Shown here in pieces: positions 1 to 11,094 of a DNA stretch of 64,000 bases. Made by a program: the position numbers and the translations under genes. The stretch is from Candidatus Latescibacterota bacterium (GTDB taxonomy: Bacteria; Latescibacterota; UBA2968; GCA-2709665): contig CBDCOX010000002.1 of NCBI GenBank assembly GCA_965219995.1, positions 1,952,001 to 2,016,000 on the forward strand. The letters run 5' to 3'. Each line of letters begins with the position of its first letter. The first letter of the stretch is position 1. Below the pieces are notes generated by a model that did no database searches, was not told the DNA's origin, and was given only the letters and a program-made list of their open reading frames with translations.

Positions 1-879
1 GACCTGAAGAAGGCACAGGACCAGATCGTAATGCGCGAAAAGCTGGCTGCGCTCGGTGAACTGACCGCCGGGGTGGCACACGAAATCAAGAACCCGCTGA
101 ACTTCGTCAAGAACTTCTCCGAGGTCTCCCAGGAACTTCTGGAGGAACTTGGAGAGGAACTCCAGGACACGCTTAGCGGCGATGGCGGCGAACTCGACGA
201 AGAAGGGCGCGAACTCGTCCAGGAAATATGCCAGGACCTCAATGACAACCTCGCGCGCATCCGTGAACACGGCGAGCGGGCCAACCGTATTGTCCAGGAC
301 ATGCTTTCAATGGGCCGGGGTTCGGCTCAGCGACAGGCCACAAATATCAACAACCTGCTCGACGAACACGCCCGGCTCGCATACCACAGCGCAAGGGCGA
401 GTGACACCGAATTTCAGCTTGATATCAAACAGGATCTGGACCCTTCCGTTGGTGACGTCGAGGTTGTACCTCAGGACCTTGGCCGTGTCTTCCTGAACAT
501 GGTAAGCAACGCCTGCCATGCAACCGACGAGAGACGACGCGCCGTCGTTGCGTCGGAAGACAATGAGGGGTCTTACATGCCCACGTTGTGGTTGACGACC
601 CGACGTGAACCGGAACATCTGGTCGTGAGCATCCGCGACAATGGTACCGGGATGCCGCCGCATGTCGTCGAAAAGATCTTCAACCCGTTTTTCACCACGA
701 AGCCGACAGATCAGGGTACCGGGCTCGGTCTTGCACTTTCCAATGACATCGTGCGTGAGCATGGCGGCAGCATCCGGGTCGAAACCGAACCCGGCGAATA
801 TACCGAGATGATTGTTGAGATTCCCCTCGAAGCGCCCGCGTTGGTGGCGACGGAGTCCACCGTTGAGGATTCGCCCTGA
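1..879 (+). CDS. Sensor histidine kinase, C-terminal part (5' end lies outside the window)
   Basis: Frame open from base 1; H-box AGVAHEIKNPLNF, N-box FLNMVSNA, G1 DNGTG, F-box FNPFFTTK, G2 GTGLGL. Confidence 0.95.
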   Translation, partial: DLKKAQDQIVMREKLAALGELTAGVAHEIKNPLNFVKNFSEVSQELLEELGEELQDTLSGDGGELDEEGRELVQEICQDLNDNLARIREHGERANRIVQDMLSMGRGSAQRQATNINNLLDEHARLAYHSARASDTEFQLDIKQDLDPSVGDVEVVPQDLGRVFLNMVSNACHATDERRRAVVASEDNEGSYMPTLWLTTRREPEHLVVSIRDNGTGMPPHVVEKIFNPFFTTKPTDQGTGLGLALSNDIVREHGGSIRVETEPGEYTEMIVEIPLEAPALVATESTVEDSP

Positions 880-1082
880 TGTCGTTGTGCAAAACGTCCG
901 CCGCCTATCGCCCGGCCACTAAGGGCCACCGATTCTTTTCCATTTCGCACGGCAGAGTCCGTGCTCTTCGCCGTCGTCACTCGCGTGGCAAAGCCTTCGG
1001 GCCGGCCGTTGCGTAATATTGACGTCTCAATTCGGGCCGGTACGCTGCTTCCCATGCACAGAGAAAACGGGACTCGGCCGAA

Positions 1083-2597
1083 ATGCCATTGAATTTCCGC
1101 AATTTGCCGGTGTTGATATTCGCCGTGTGCCTGCCGTGGGGTTGCGGCGGCGACCATACGATGGCGCCGTCGGCCTCCCGGGTAGAGGAACACACGGTAC
1201 GGTCGCTTGGCAAACTGGCTGCCGGAGACGTTACGACGCGGGCCATCGTGTTGGCAACCGTGAAGCAGGACGGTTTACCATTGGGTGGTGTCACTGTCGC
1301 ATTGTCTCGTTCGGTTTCCGGGCGGACACCGGACGTCACGTTTTCCGACACGACGGACGCGAATGGACGAGTGCGCGTGGATGTTCACCTTGCCGCGGGA
1401 GGCTATTATTCGGCCCGCGCGACCCGTGCGGGCAGCCCGCTGGGTTCCTGGTTCAGCATTCCGATCAACGGCGGACAGAAAGTAACGGTCGAACTGCCGG
1501 TCGGCGAGACAGCCCGGGTAACCGACACGTCCAACCTGGCTCCGGGGCGCCTTCCGGCGACGATTCGGGTCGGAGTCGTTCTCCCCCTGACGGGTGACGG
1601 CAGGTCCGTCGGCCTATTCGTACGTAACGGAATGGCACTTGCCCGAGAAGAGGTCAACCGGTTTGAATTCGGGAATTCGACGCTTGAGTTCATCGTTGAA
1701 GACAGTGAGAGCGTTCCGGACGTCGCTGCAGAAGCATTCGAAAAGCTGATTCACGAGGACGACGTTTCAGTAATTCTGGGACCGGGCTACTCCTCGTCGG
1801 CTGCCGTAGCATTCCCGATTGCCCAGCAAAACAACGTCGTGGCGTTCAGCCCGACCGCGGCAGCCGCGGGATTGGGGGCCATTGGCGACTTCGTGTTCAG
1901 GGTCCCCGCACCCGTGAGCCGGATCGCTCAAAGCACGCTTGCTGTCGCAACGACGATACTGAAATTAACCAGCGTTGCCGTCATCTACGACAGCACGGAC
2001 GTTTTCTCACAAAGCGGTTACGAGGAAACCGCAAAGGCGCTTGACGAATTGGGCGTAGAGACGCTTGCAGCCGAGGCGTTCGCAACCGGACAGACCGATT
2101 TTTCCGCAGCTCTGAGCCGAATCAACGTCTTGAAGCCCGACGTCATTCTCGTCTGGACCCGGCCGATGCAAAGGGTGACGATTCCGGTGCAGGGACGCCA
2201 ACTTGGGATTCCTTACGAAATACCATTCCTCGTTTTCGGCTTCGCTTCGAGCCAGATCGAACCGGCGGGCGCCGCGGCAGAAGGGTTGATAACGGGGACG
2301 TTTTGGTCGCGTTCTATAGAAACGCCGGAAAACCGCGCATTTATCGAGAACTACCGCCATAAATTCGGCGGCGAACCCGATCTGTTCGCGGCGGAGGGAT
2401 ATGTCTGTGTGCGCATTCTGGCGGCCGCGATTGCAGCGGCCGGATCCTTAACGTCTGAATCCGTCAGGGATGCGCTGGCCGCCATCGAAATGCCGACCAT
2501 TGTGGGGCCATTCGCTTTCGACGAGAATGGTGATCCAACCTATCCGGCGGTCCTGCAGGTGGTCAGGGGCGGCAGATTCGAAACGCTTGGGAATTGA
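1083..2597 (+). CDS. Lipoprotein: N-terminal beta-rich domain fused to a LivK/LivJ-type (branched-chain amino acid/amide) ABC substrate-binding domain
   Basis: Lipobox-like LPWGC; IRVGVVLPLTG, IVEDSES, ILGP, FVFRV, GQTDFS, AEGY, GPFAFDENGD motifs of Peripla_BP_6. Confidence 0.85.
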   Translation: MPLNFRNLPVLIFAVCLPWGCGGDHTMAPSASRVEEHTVRSLGKLAAGDVTTRAIVLATVKQDGLPLGGVTVALSRSVSGRTPDVTFSDTTDANGRVRVDVHLAAGGYYSARATRAGSPLGSWFSIPINGGQKVTVELPVGETARVTDTSNLAPGRLPATIRVGVVLPLTGDGRSVGLFVRNGMALAREEVNRFEFGNSTLEFIVEDSESVPDVAAEAFEKLIHEDDVSVILGPGYSSSAAVAFPIAQQNNVVAFSPTAAAAGLGAIGDFVFRVPAPVSRIAQSTLAVATTILKLTSVAVIYDSTDVFSQSGYEETAKALDELGVETLAAEAFATGQTDFSAALSRINVLKPDVILVWTRPMQRVTIPVQGRQLGIPYEIPFLVFGFASSQIEPAGAAAEGLITGTFWSRSIETPENRAFIENYRHKFGGEPDLFAAEGYVCVRILAAAIAAAGSLTSESVRDALAAIEMPTIVGPFAFDENGDPTYPAVLQVVRGGRFETLGN

Positions 2598-2686
2598 TCG
2601 CACGTCGCCGCGTTGCCGAAACCGGCGAAGATTTCCATTGATACCGACAACACAAACCGCAACTTGGGAATTTTCAGGTTGTCACC

Positions 2687-4120
2687 ATGGATTTCGACAC
2701 CTACGCTCTGGATCCGGAGTTTTACGACGAGATGTTTCTTCCGGACGGTCGTCCCAGGGAGCATTGCCGCCCGCTGTTCGAAGCGCTGAACGATCTCTCC
2801 AGTGAAGATCTTTCGAGCATCCAGGAACGGGTAACGCGATCTTTTTCAAACGAGGGGATCACGTTTACCGTATACGGCGACGAGGAAGCCACGGAACGCA
2901 TCATTCCGGTCGACTGCCTGCCACGGGTCTTATCGGGCGCCGAATGGCGACAACTCGTCAGCGGACTAACCCAGCGCCTCGCAGCCCTCAATCGATTTCT
3001 CCAGGACATATATAACGACGCGCGGATTATAGAAGACGGCGTGATCCCGGCGGATATGGTTAAGGGTTGTCCGCAGTACCGCGTGGAGATGCGCGGCGTT
3101 TCTCCGCCCCATGGCGCTTGGGTTTCCATCTGTGGAACCGATCTCGTACGCACAAACGACGGCTTTCTGGTCCTTGAAGACAACCTGCGCGTACCCTCGG
3201 GTGTTTCGTATATGGTCGCGAATCGTAAGGCGGTGAAGGCAAGCCTGCGCCGCCTTTACAGACGTTCGCGCGTGCAGGACGTGGAACACTACGGCAGGTT
3301 GCTGCGCGAAATCCTCGTCGAGCTCGCCCCGGGGGGACGGTCCGAACCCTGCATCGTGTTGTTGACGCCCGGCGTCTACAATTCGGCTTTTTACGAACAC
3401 ATGTTTCTCGCCCGCGAGATCGGTGCTGCGCTTGTCGAGGGACGGGACCTCCTCGTCAACGACGGTTTTGTTTACATGCGCACCACCACCGGTCTCCGGC
3501 GGGTCGACGTGGTCTACAGGCGCGTCGACGACGACTTTCTCGATCCCCTCGTGTTTCGCGAGGATTCCCTTCTTGGCGTACCCGGCTTGCTGCACGCCTA
3601 CAAACTCGGCAACGTGACCCTTGTGAACGCGCCCGGAACAGGCGTGGCCGACGACAAGAGCGTATATGCCTACGTTCCGGACATCATACGCTACTACATG
3701 GGAGAAGAACCCATTCTGGCCAGCGTCGAGACTTACCTGTGCCGCCGGCCGGAACAGCTTCAATACACGCTGGACAATCTTGAGAACCTCGTTGTAAAAC
3801 GTGTTGGCGAATCAGGGGGTTACGGCATGCTGATTGGGCCCCATTCCACGCCGAAGGAACGCGAGGATTACGCCAGGGAGTTGCGCGCCGACCCCGCCGA
3901 CTTTATCTCCCAGCCGGTTCTGTCGCTTTCCCGCTCCCCGTGTCTGGTGGACGGCCGGTTCGAACCGCGGCATGTTGACCTGCGTCCGTTTGTGCTCCAC
4001 GGACAGGAGACACGCATCGTTCCTGGCGCATTTTGCCGGGTTGCCCTGCGACGGGGCAGCATCGTCGTGAACTCCAGTCAGGGGGGAGGCGGGAAGGATC
4101 TCTGGGTCCTGGAAAACTGA
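2687..4120 (+). CDS. Circularly permuted type 2 ATP-grasp peptide/amide ligase
   Basis: YDEMF, GITFTVY, VLEDNLRVPSGVSY, TPGVYNSAFYEH, YRRVDDDFLDP, NAPGTGVADDK, GGYGMLIG, VNSSQGGGGKDLWV. Confidence 0.95.
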   Translation: MDFDTYALDPEFYDEMFLPDGRPREHCRPLFEALNDLSSEDLSSIQERVTRSFSNEGITFTVYGDEEATERIIPVDCLPRVLSGAEWRQLVSGLTQRLAALNRFLQDIYNDARIIEDGVIPADMVKGCPQYRVEMRGVSPPHGAWVSICGTDLVRTNDGFLVLEDNLRVPSGVSYMVANRKAVKASLRRLYRRSRVQDVEHYGRLLREILVELAPGGRSEPCIVLLTPGVYNSAFYEHMFLAREIGAALVEGRDLLVNDGFVYMRTTTGLRRVDVVYRRVDDDFLDPLVFREDSLLGVPGLLHAYKLGNVTLVNAPGTGVADDKSVYAYVPDIIRYYMGEEPILASVETYLCRRPEQLQYTLDNLENLVVKRVGESGGYGMLIGPHSTPKEREDYARELRADPADFISQPVLSLSRSPCLVDGRFEPRHVDLRPFVLHGQETRIVPGAFCRVALRRGSIVVNSSQGGGGKDLWVLEN

Positions 4121-4196
4121 AGAGATTGATTCGGAAGACGTTGGACAGGTTAACCACGTATTTTGCCATTGTGGCGAAACCACGAAAGGAGAGGGT

Positions 4197-5582
4197 ATGA
4201 GAAGTTTCACGAAAGTACCGTTTCACAAACGCATCGGCGGTTCACTGGCAAGAAACGTCCTGCTGATGCTTGGCTGTCTGCTGTGCGGGACCACCGCCGC
4301 CTATGCAGCCGTCAGCCAGGAGACGATGTTCGTCTTCAACACCTTCGCGTTTCTGATCTGGGGTGCGCTCATTATGTGGATGTGCGCCGGGTTCACGATG
4401 CTCGAGTCCGGTTCGGTACGCACCAAGAACGCCTCCATGATCTGCATGAAGAACATCGGCCTTTACTCGATCGCCGGACTCGCCTATTACTTCCTGGGTT
4501 ACAACCTCATGTACACGGACGTCGGGAAGTTCATCGGCACATTTACACTCCTCTACGGCCCTTCCGCCGCCGACATCGCCCTGGTGGGCGGGCAGGAGTC
4601 GGCAAAGGCCAAGGTCATCGCGAACAAATACGCCACAATGTCCGACTGGTTCTTCCAGATGGTTTTTGTCGCTACGGCCGCCTCGATTGTATCGGGGGCG
4701 CTGGCGGAGCGGGTTAAGATGTGGTCGTTCTTTCTGTTCACGCTGGCCCTGACGGCTGTCATCTACCCCATTGTGGGCGCCTGGACATGGGGAGGCGGGT
4801 GGCTGAGCGCAATGGGATTCAAGGACTTCGCCGGTTCGACCATTGTCCACAGCACCGGTGGCTGGGCGGCGCTCGCGGGTGTCCTGGTTGTCGGCCCGCG
4901 ATTGGGGAAATTCCGAAGGGACGGTACCGTCAAGGCGACACCCCCGTCCAATATCCTCGTAGTGACACTCGGCGTGTTCATCCTGTGGTTCGGCTGGCTG
5001 GGGTTTAACGGCGGGTCGCAGCTGGCACTGGGCAGCGCCGCCGATGCGGTGGCGATGAGCCATGTCCTGGTCAACACGAATCTTGCTGCGGCGGCCGGCG
5101 TGGTCGTTGCCCTCATCGTCTCGAGACCGATCCTTGGCCGCATGGACCTGTTCGCAAGCCTGAACGGCGCGATTGCCGGGCTGGTCTCGATTACCGCCGG
5201 CCCCGACATCGTCCAGCATTACTGGGCCGTCATTATCGGCGGCGTGGGCGCGGTCATCTGCACGGTCGGTATCCGGCTGCTGGAGAAGCTGAAAATCGAC
5301 GACGTCGTCGGCGCGGTACCCGCCCACCTGTTCGCGGGTGTCTGGGGAACGCTCGCGGTCTGCATCGCCGCGGGCGGCAACTTCGGCGTTCAACTCCTGG
5401 GCTGCGTGGCCGTTGGCGTGTTCGTATTCTCGATCTCGTGGGTACTGTGGCGACTGCTTGCAGCGACCCTGAGCGTCCGCGTGTCCGACAAAGTCGAGCG
5501 ACTGGGCCAGGACGTTGGGGAACTCGGAATGGAAGCGTATCCCGAATTCGTGCTTACACCCGAAGAAGCCGATGAGGATTGA
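4197..5582 (+). CDS. amtB: Ammonium transporter (Amt family)
   Basis: GFTMLESG, FFQMVF, DFAGSTIVH, WFGWLGFNGGS, NGAIAGLVSIT, DDVVGAVPAH (both pore His present), C-terminal ExxGxD..E.G.EAY; RBS GAAAGGAG. Confidence 0.97.
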   Translation: MRSFTKVPFHKRIGGSLARNVLLMLGCLLCGTTAAYAAVSQETMFVFNTFAFLIWGALIMWMCAGFTMLESGSVRTKNASMICMKNIGLYSIAGLAYYFLGYNLMYTDVGKFIGTFTLLYGPSAADIALVGGQESAKAKVIANKYATMSDWFFQMVFVATAASIVSGALAERVKMWSFFLFTLALTAVIYPIVGAWTWGGGWLSAMGFKDFAGSTIVHSTGGWAALAGVLVVGPRLGKFRRDGTVKATPPSNILVVTLGVFILWFGWLGFNGGSQLALGSAADAVAMSHVLVNTNLAAAAGVVVALIVSRPILGRMDLFASLNGAIAGLVSITAGPDIVQHYWAVIIGGVGAVICTVGIRLLEKLKIDDVVGAVPAHLFAGVWGTLAVCIAAGGNFGVQLLGCVAVGVFVFSISWVLWRLLAATLSVRVSDKVERLGQDVGELGMEAYPEFVLTPEEADED

Positions 5583-6565
5583 TGGCAACGAGTCACGGAA
5601 ATCCCAGGCTTCTCTCACGCAGCGCGCAGGGCCTTTACTGGATGGGCCGCTACCTGGAACGCGCGGAACACCTCTGCCGCCTGCTGCGATTTCAGGCCGA
5701 AGCACTGGTGGATCGGCCCATCCGGGAGATCTACTTCGGCTGGAGTCGAATCTACATGAGCTTGAATCGACGTCCACCCGGCGGCAGCATCACAATGGTA
5801 GGAAGCGACGATTTCACGCTGGCGGATTCCTACACGCTGGCCGACGATCTCACGTTCGAACGCACAAATCCCGACTCCGTCTGGAACTGTTTCTCGCTCG
5901 GCCGAGAAAACGCGCGGCAGATGCGTCACTGCATCAGCGGGGAAATGTGGACATGTCTGAACCTCGCGTATCTGCGGCTCCGGAAACTCGGTATTCGGGA
6001 AATCTGGAAGCCCTCTCCGGAGAGTTTTTATGCTGAAACTGCCGGCGACATCAACACGTTTGCCGGCGTGGCGGAAGCAACGATGTATCGCGACGAGGGA
6101 TGGCATTTTCTACGACTGGGCAGGCATATCGAGCGCGCCCAATGTTCGGCTTCGTTGTTTCTTTCCCAACTCTCAGTAGACAAACTGATGGACGAGTCCT
6201 CCGACGCGGACTGGACGAACCTCCTGCACGTCAGCCAGGCGTCTGATGCGTACAGCCGAAATTACAGCGTCGACGTCCAGCCGCGTCGGGTCCTCGACCT
6301 TCTCGTTACAGACCCTTTGCTACACGGCTCTCTCTGCTACTCTCTCGACGCCGTGGCCGCGGAACTCGGCGCCATCGGTCCGGGTTCCGACGAACAGTCC
6401 AGTGCAGCAGCCCTTCGCATGGCCAGGCGTATGTGCGCGCTGATCCATTACGATTGGCCCGACCGTGAAGACCGGGAGGTCCTCCTCGGGGACCTCATGG
6501 GATACTGCCGGGAACTTCACGGCCTGGTTTCCGCCGCCTACATCGATTACGCCGTTGTCGATTGA
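5582..6565 (+). CDS. Alpha-E domain protein (DUF403)
   Basis: Two ER motifs, LYWMGRYLERAE and FLRLGRHIERA; ARENAR-like GRENAR..R..IS.EMW; TGATG overlap with the amt stop codon. Confidence 0.92.
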   Translation: MATSHGNPRLLSRSAQGLYWMGRYLERAEHLCRLLRFQAEALVDRPIREIYFGWSRIYMSLNRRPPGGSITMVGSDDFTLADSYTLADDLTFERTNPDSVWNCFSLGRENARQMRHCISGEMWTCLNLAYLRLRKLGIREIWKPSPESFYAETAGDINTFAGVAEATMYRDEGWHFLRLGRHIERAQCSASLFLSQLSVDKLMDESSDADWTNLLHVSQASDAYSRNYSVDVQPRRVLDLLVTDPLLHGSLCYSLDAVAAELGAIGPGSDEQSSAAALRMARRMCALIHYDWPDREDREVLLGDLMGYCRELHGLVSAAYIDYAVVD

Positions 6566-7458
6566 ATCCCCGGTGTGCCGATACCGTGTCCGGATCCGTC
6601 CAGTACGAAATCAGGCACGTCTCACGCTACCATTACGCACTCCCCGCTCGGGAGTGTGTTATGGTGCTTTGCCTGCAACCGCTCGACAACGGGGGACAGC
6701 GCCTCATCCGTTTTGAAATCGAAACGGCACCCCACGGCTCCCTCAGCGCGGAAAAGGATCCCTTCGGCAATACGCGGCACGTTCTCAATGTCCATCCGGA
6801 ACACCGGGCGCTGGAGATTGCTGCTCAGTCCACCGTGAGTCCGGCGCGCTTCAGTCCGCTGCCAACCGGACTTGGAACCGGTGCGTGGAAGGAAATCGAC
6901 GCCTGGAGGGACTCGTTTCTTCATTGGGACTTTACGCAGCCAAGTGCGATGGCGACTCCATCTTCCGCGCTCTCCGATTTCACGAGGAAAAATGGCATCG
7001 CGCGCGGGAGCGACCCGCTCGCGGACCTGACCCGGCTATCCGAATCGCTGCACAATGTGTTTCAATACACGCCGGGAAGCACGTCCGCCGCTTCATCAAT
7101 CGACGAAATCCTGAGCACGGGCCAGGGAGTCTGCCAGGACTACGCCCACGTCATGATCGCGGTTGCCCGCTCCTGGGGCGTTCCCGCCCGCTACGTCTCT
7201 GGCTATCTCTACGTTCCCGGTTCGCCGGAAGGCCAGGCCTGGAGCAACGCCTCGCACGCCTGGGTGGAATGCCTGCTGCCGAGACTGGGCTGGGTGGGCT
7301 TCGATCCCACAAACCGGAGTCTCTCCGACGAACGACACATCCGGATCGCGACCGGACGCGATTATCTGGATGTCTCGCCCACCCGCGGCGTGCGCCAGGG
7401 CGGCGGCGAGACGCAGCTTGAAGTCGACGTCCGGATGCGTCCGCGGACCAACCTGTAA
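6562..7458 (+). CDS. Bacterial transglutaminase-like protein (N-terminal domain plus core)
   Basis: YEIRHVSRYHY, DPFGN, catalytic triad GVCQDYAH / SHAWVE / GFDPTN, GRDY.DV.P.RG. Confidence 0.95.
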   Translation: MNPRCADTVSGSVQYEIRHVSRYHYALPARECVMVLCLQPLDNGGQRLIRFEIETAPHGSLSAEKDPFGNTRHVLNVHPEHRALEIAAQSTVSPARFSPLPTGLGTGAWKEIDAWRDSFLHWDFTQPSAMATPSSALSDFTRKNGIARGSDPLADLTRLSESLHNVFQYTPGSTSAASSIDEILSTGQGVCQDYAHVMIAVARSWGVPARYVSGYLYVPGSPEGQAWSNASHAWVECLLPRLGWVGFDPTNRSLSDERHIRIATGRDYLDVSPTRGVRQGGGETQLEVDVRMRPRTNL

Positions 7459-7466
7459 TTCCATCC

Positions 7467-7495
7467 TTGACAGAGTTCTCTTAACCGTTTAACTT
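7467..7495 (+). promoter_or_regulatory. Sigma70-type promoter upstream of the TPP riboswitch
   Basis: TTGACA (7467-7472), 17 nt spacer, TAACTT (7490-7495). Confidence 0.65.
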
Positions 7496-7507
7496 GTACT
7501 CTGAGAT

Positions 7508-9423
<1,916 letters not shown>

Positions 9424-9458
9424 TACACGGCAGCGGGTCGGATTTCGTCCGGGATTCA

Positions 9459-10799
9459 TCAACTTCGCGCTTCGTCCCCGGTCACACGTCGTTGCCTGGC
9501 TTCTCTGGCGTCGGCCGCTTCGATGTGTGGCGCATCCTCGCCGGCTTCGACCATGCGCCGGATCAAGCGCGCTCTCAGGATCTGCGCCACCTCTTCGTGG
9601 GACGTCATCCCGATCAGGTTGCACAACTCGTAGGGGTCCGCCTCCAGATCGTACAGATATTGCTCCACGTACCGGTCCGACCCCGGGTGTTGTCCACCGT
9701 GGCATTGCGGCGCGTCCACCCCGTATTTCCACCGGCGGGTGCGTACAGCCCGTCCCACCTGAGCCTCGCTGATCTGCACAAACGTCTCCTCCGGCCAACC
9801 CTCGCTGTTCCCGACCGTCAGCGGCAGGATCGACCGGCCCTGCATCTCTGCAGGTACCGCGATCCCGGCCGCATCCAGCAGTGTGGGCGTCAGATCGACC
9901 GTACTCACCAGATCGCGCACCTGACCCCCACCGTCAAATCCCGGGCCCTGGAACGCGGTTGGCACACGAATCGAGCTCTCGTGGCAGGACCGCTTGTACT
10001 CGGCATTCCGCGTTTTGAAGTGGCAACCGTGGTCTGACGTAAACAATACGACGGTCCGTTCCGCCAGGTCCGTACTCTTCAGTGCGTCCAGCATTCTGCC
10101 AAGCGCCTCATCCAGCCGCTTCACCATACCGTAATAGCCGCCCAGCGCCGCAAGATCCGGTGGGACCCACCCGCCGGTATAGCGTTCACGGTACCCATCC
10201 GGCGGCGGATAGTCGTCGATATGGTTCTGGTGATGGGGTTCGATATATGACACAAACAGAAAAAACGGCTGTTCCCGGTTCCCGTGAATGTAACGGATGG
10301 CCGCATCCGTTACGGCATCGACCCTGTATCCCGGCAATTCTACCGGTGCATCCTCGTTGTCGTACATCACCGTCCGATATGCCTCGGACGTAGCCTCCAG
10401 TGCGTTCGATGCCAACCAGTATTCATAGCCTCCGCGTCCCTCAGGCGGAACCGGTCCGGTCGATCCGCGTCCATTCAGATGCCACTTGCCGATGTACGCC
10501 GTGCGGAAGCCCGCGTCTCCGAAATGGTGCGCCAGAGTGCGACTGCCAGGCGGTAGAGGAATGCCGTTGCGAAAGCAGCCCGTCGTCGTTGCATACAACC
10601 CGGTCTGCAGGCAGGCACGCGCGGGACCACAGACAGGCTGGCAGGTGAATGAATTGAACGCATGGGTACCCCGTTGCGCCATCCGGTCGAAATTGGGCGT
10701 CAGGTCCATCGGATTTCCATGAACCCCGGTTGTATCCCACCTCTGTTGATCCGTATAGAACACAACGACATTCGGCTTCTTTGAGACGCTTTCAACCAT
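9459..10799 (-). CDS. Cys-type sulfatase
   Basis: PNVVVFYTDQQR, CGPAR (CxPxR), GKWHL, TSDHG, LYDLEADPYE. Confidence 0.93.
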   Translation of the reverse strand: MVESVSKKPNVVVFYTDQQRWDTTGVHGNPMDLTPNFDRMAQRGTHAFNSFTCQPVCGPARACLQTGLYATTTGCFRNGIPLPPGSRTLAHHFGDAGFRTAYIGKWHLNGRGSTGPVPPEGRGGYEYWLASNALEATSEAYRTVMYDNEDAPVELPGYRVDAVTDAAIRYIHGNREQPFFLFVSYIEPHHQNHIDDYPPPDGYRERYTGGWVPPDLAALGGYYGMVKRLDEALGRMLDALKSTDLAERTVVLFTSDHGCHFKTRNAEYKRSCHESSIRVPTAFQGPGFDGGGQVRDLVSTVDLTPTLLDAAGIAVPAEMQGRSILPLTVGNSEGWPEETFVQISEAQVGRAVRTRRWKYGVDAPQCHGGQHPGSDRYVEQYLYDLEADPYELCNLIGMTSHEEVAQILRARLIRRMVEAGEDAPHIEAADAREARQRRVTGDEARS

Positions 10800-11094
10800 G
10801 ACGACCTCCGTCTTTGTGGTTTTCCAGTCCGCCAGGAGCGCTATCCCGTTACATTACTCGCTGCAGAGGTTTTTCGGCAAACCGACGCCGACATTTTCGC
10901 ACGCTCTTCGTTCCGTTACAAGTCAGTCTCATCGCTTCAATTCATGATATACGTACCCGTCGATTGGGCGAATTCGATCGCGCCCCTTTCGATCGCACTG
11001 CAAAAGGGCGTGACAGAATGCGCCGGCAGGGATATCTTATGGCGTCCGTAGACGCCGGTCAGAATCCCCTCACACGTTGCCCGGAGACGGTTCG

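Noticed and set aside
1018-1031. ATTGA-CGTC-TCAAT palindrome upstream of the binding-protein gene
   Set aside because: Only 5-bp arms, a single occurrence and no cognate regulator identified; too weak to call.
4242-5777. 511-aa antisense ORF over amt (likewise 8575-9798, 19010-20995, 42209-43399, 43105-44877, 49388-50524)
   Set aside because: Shadow ORFs typical of high-GC coding DNA; no motifs, and they lie opposite well-supported genes.
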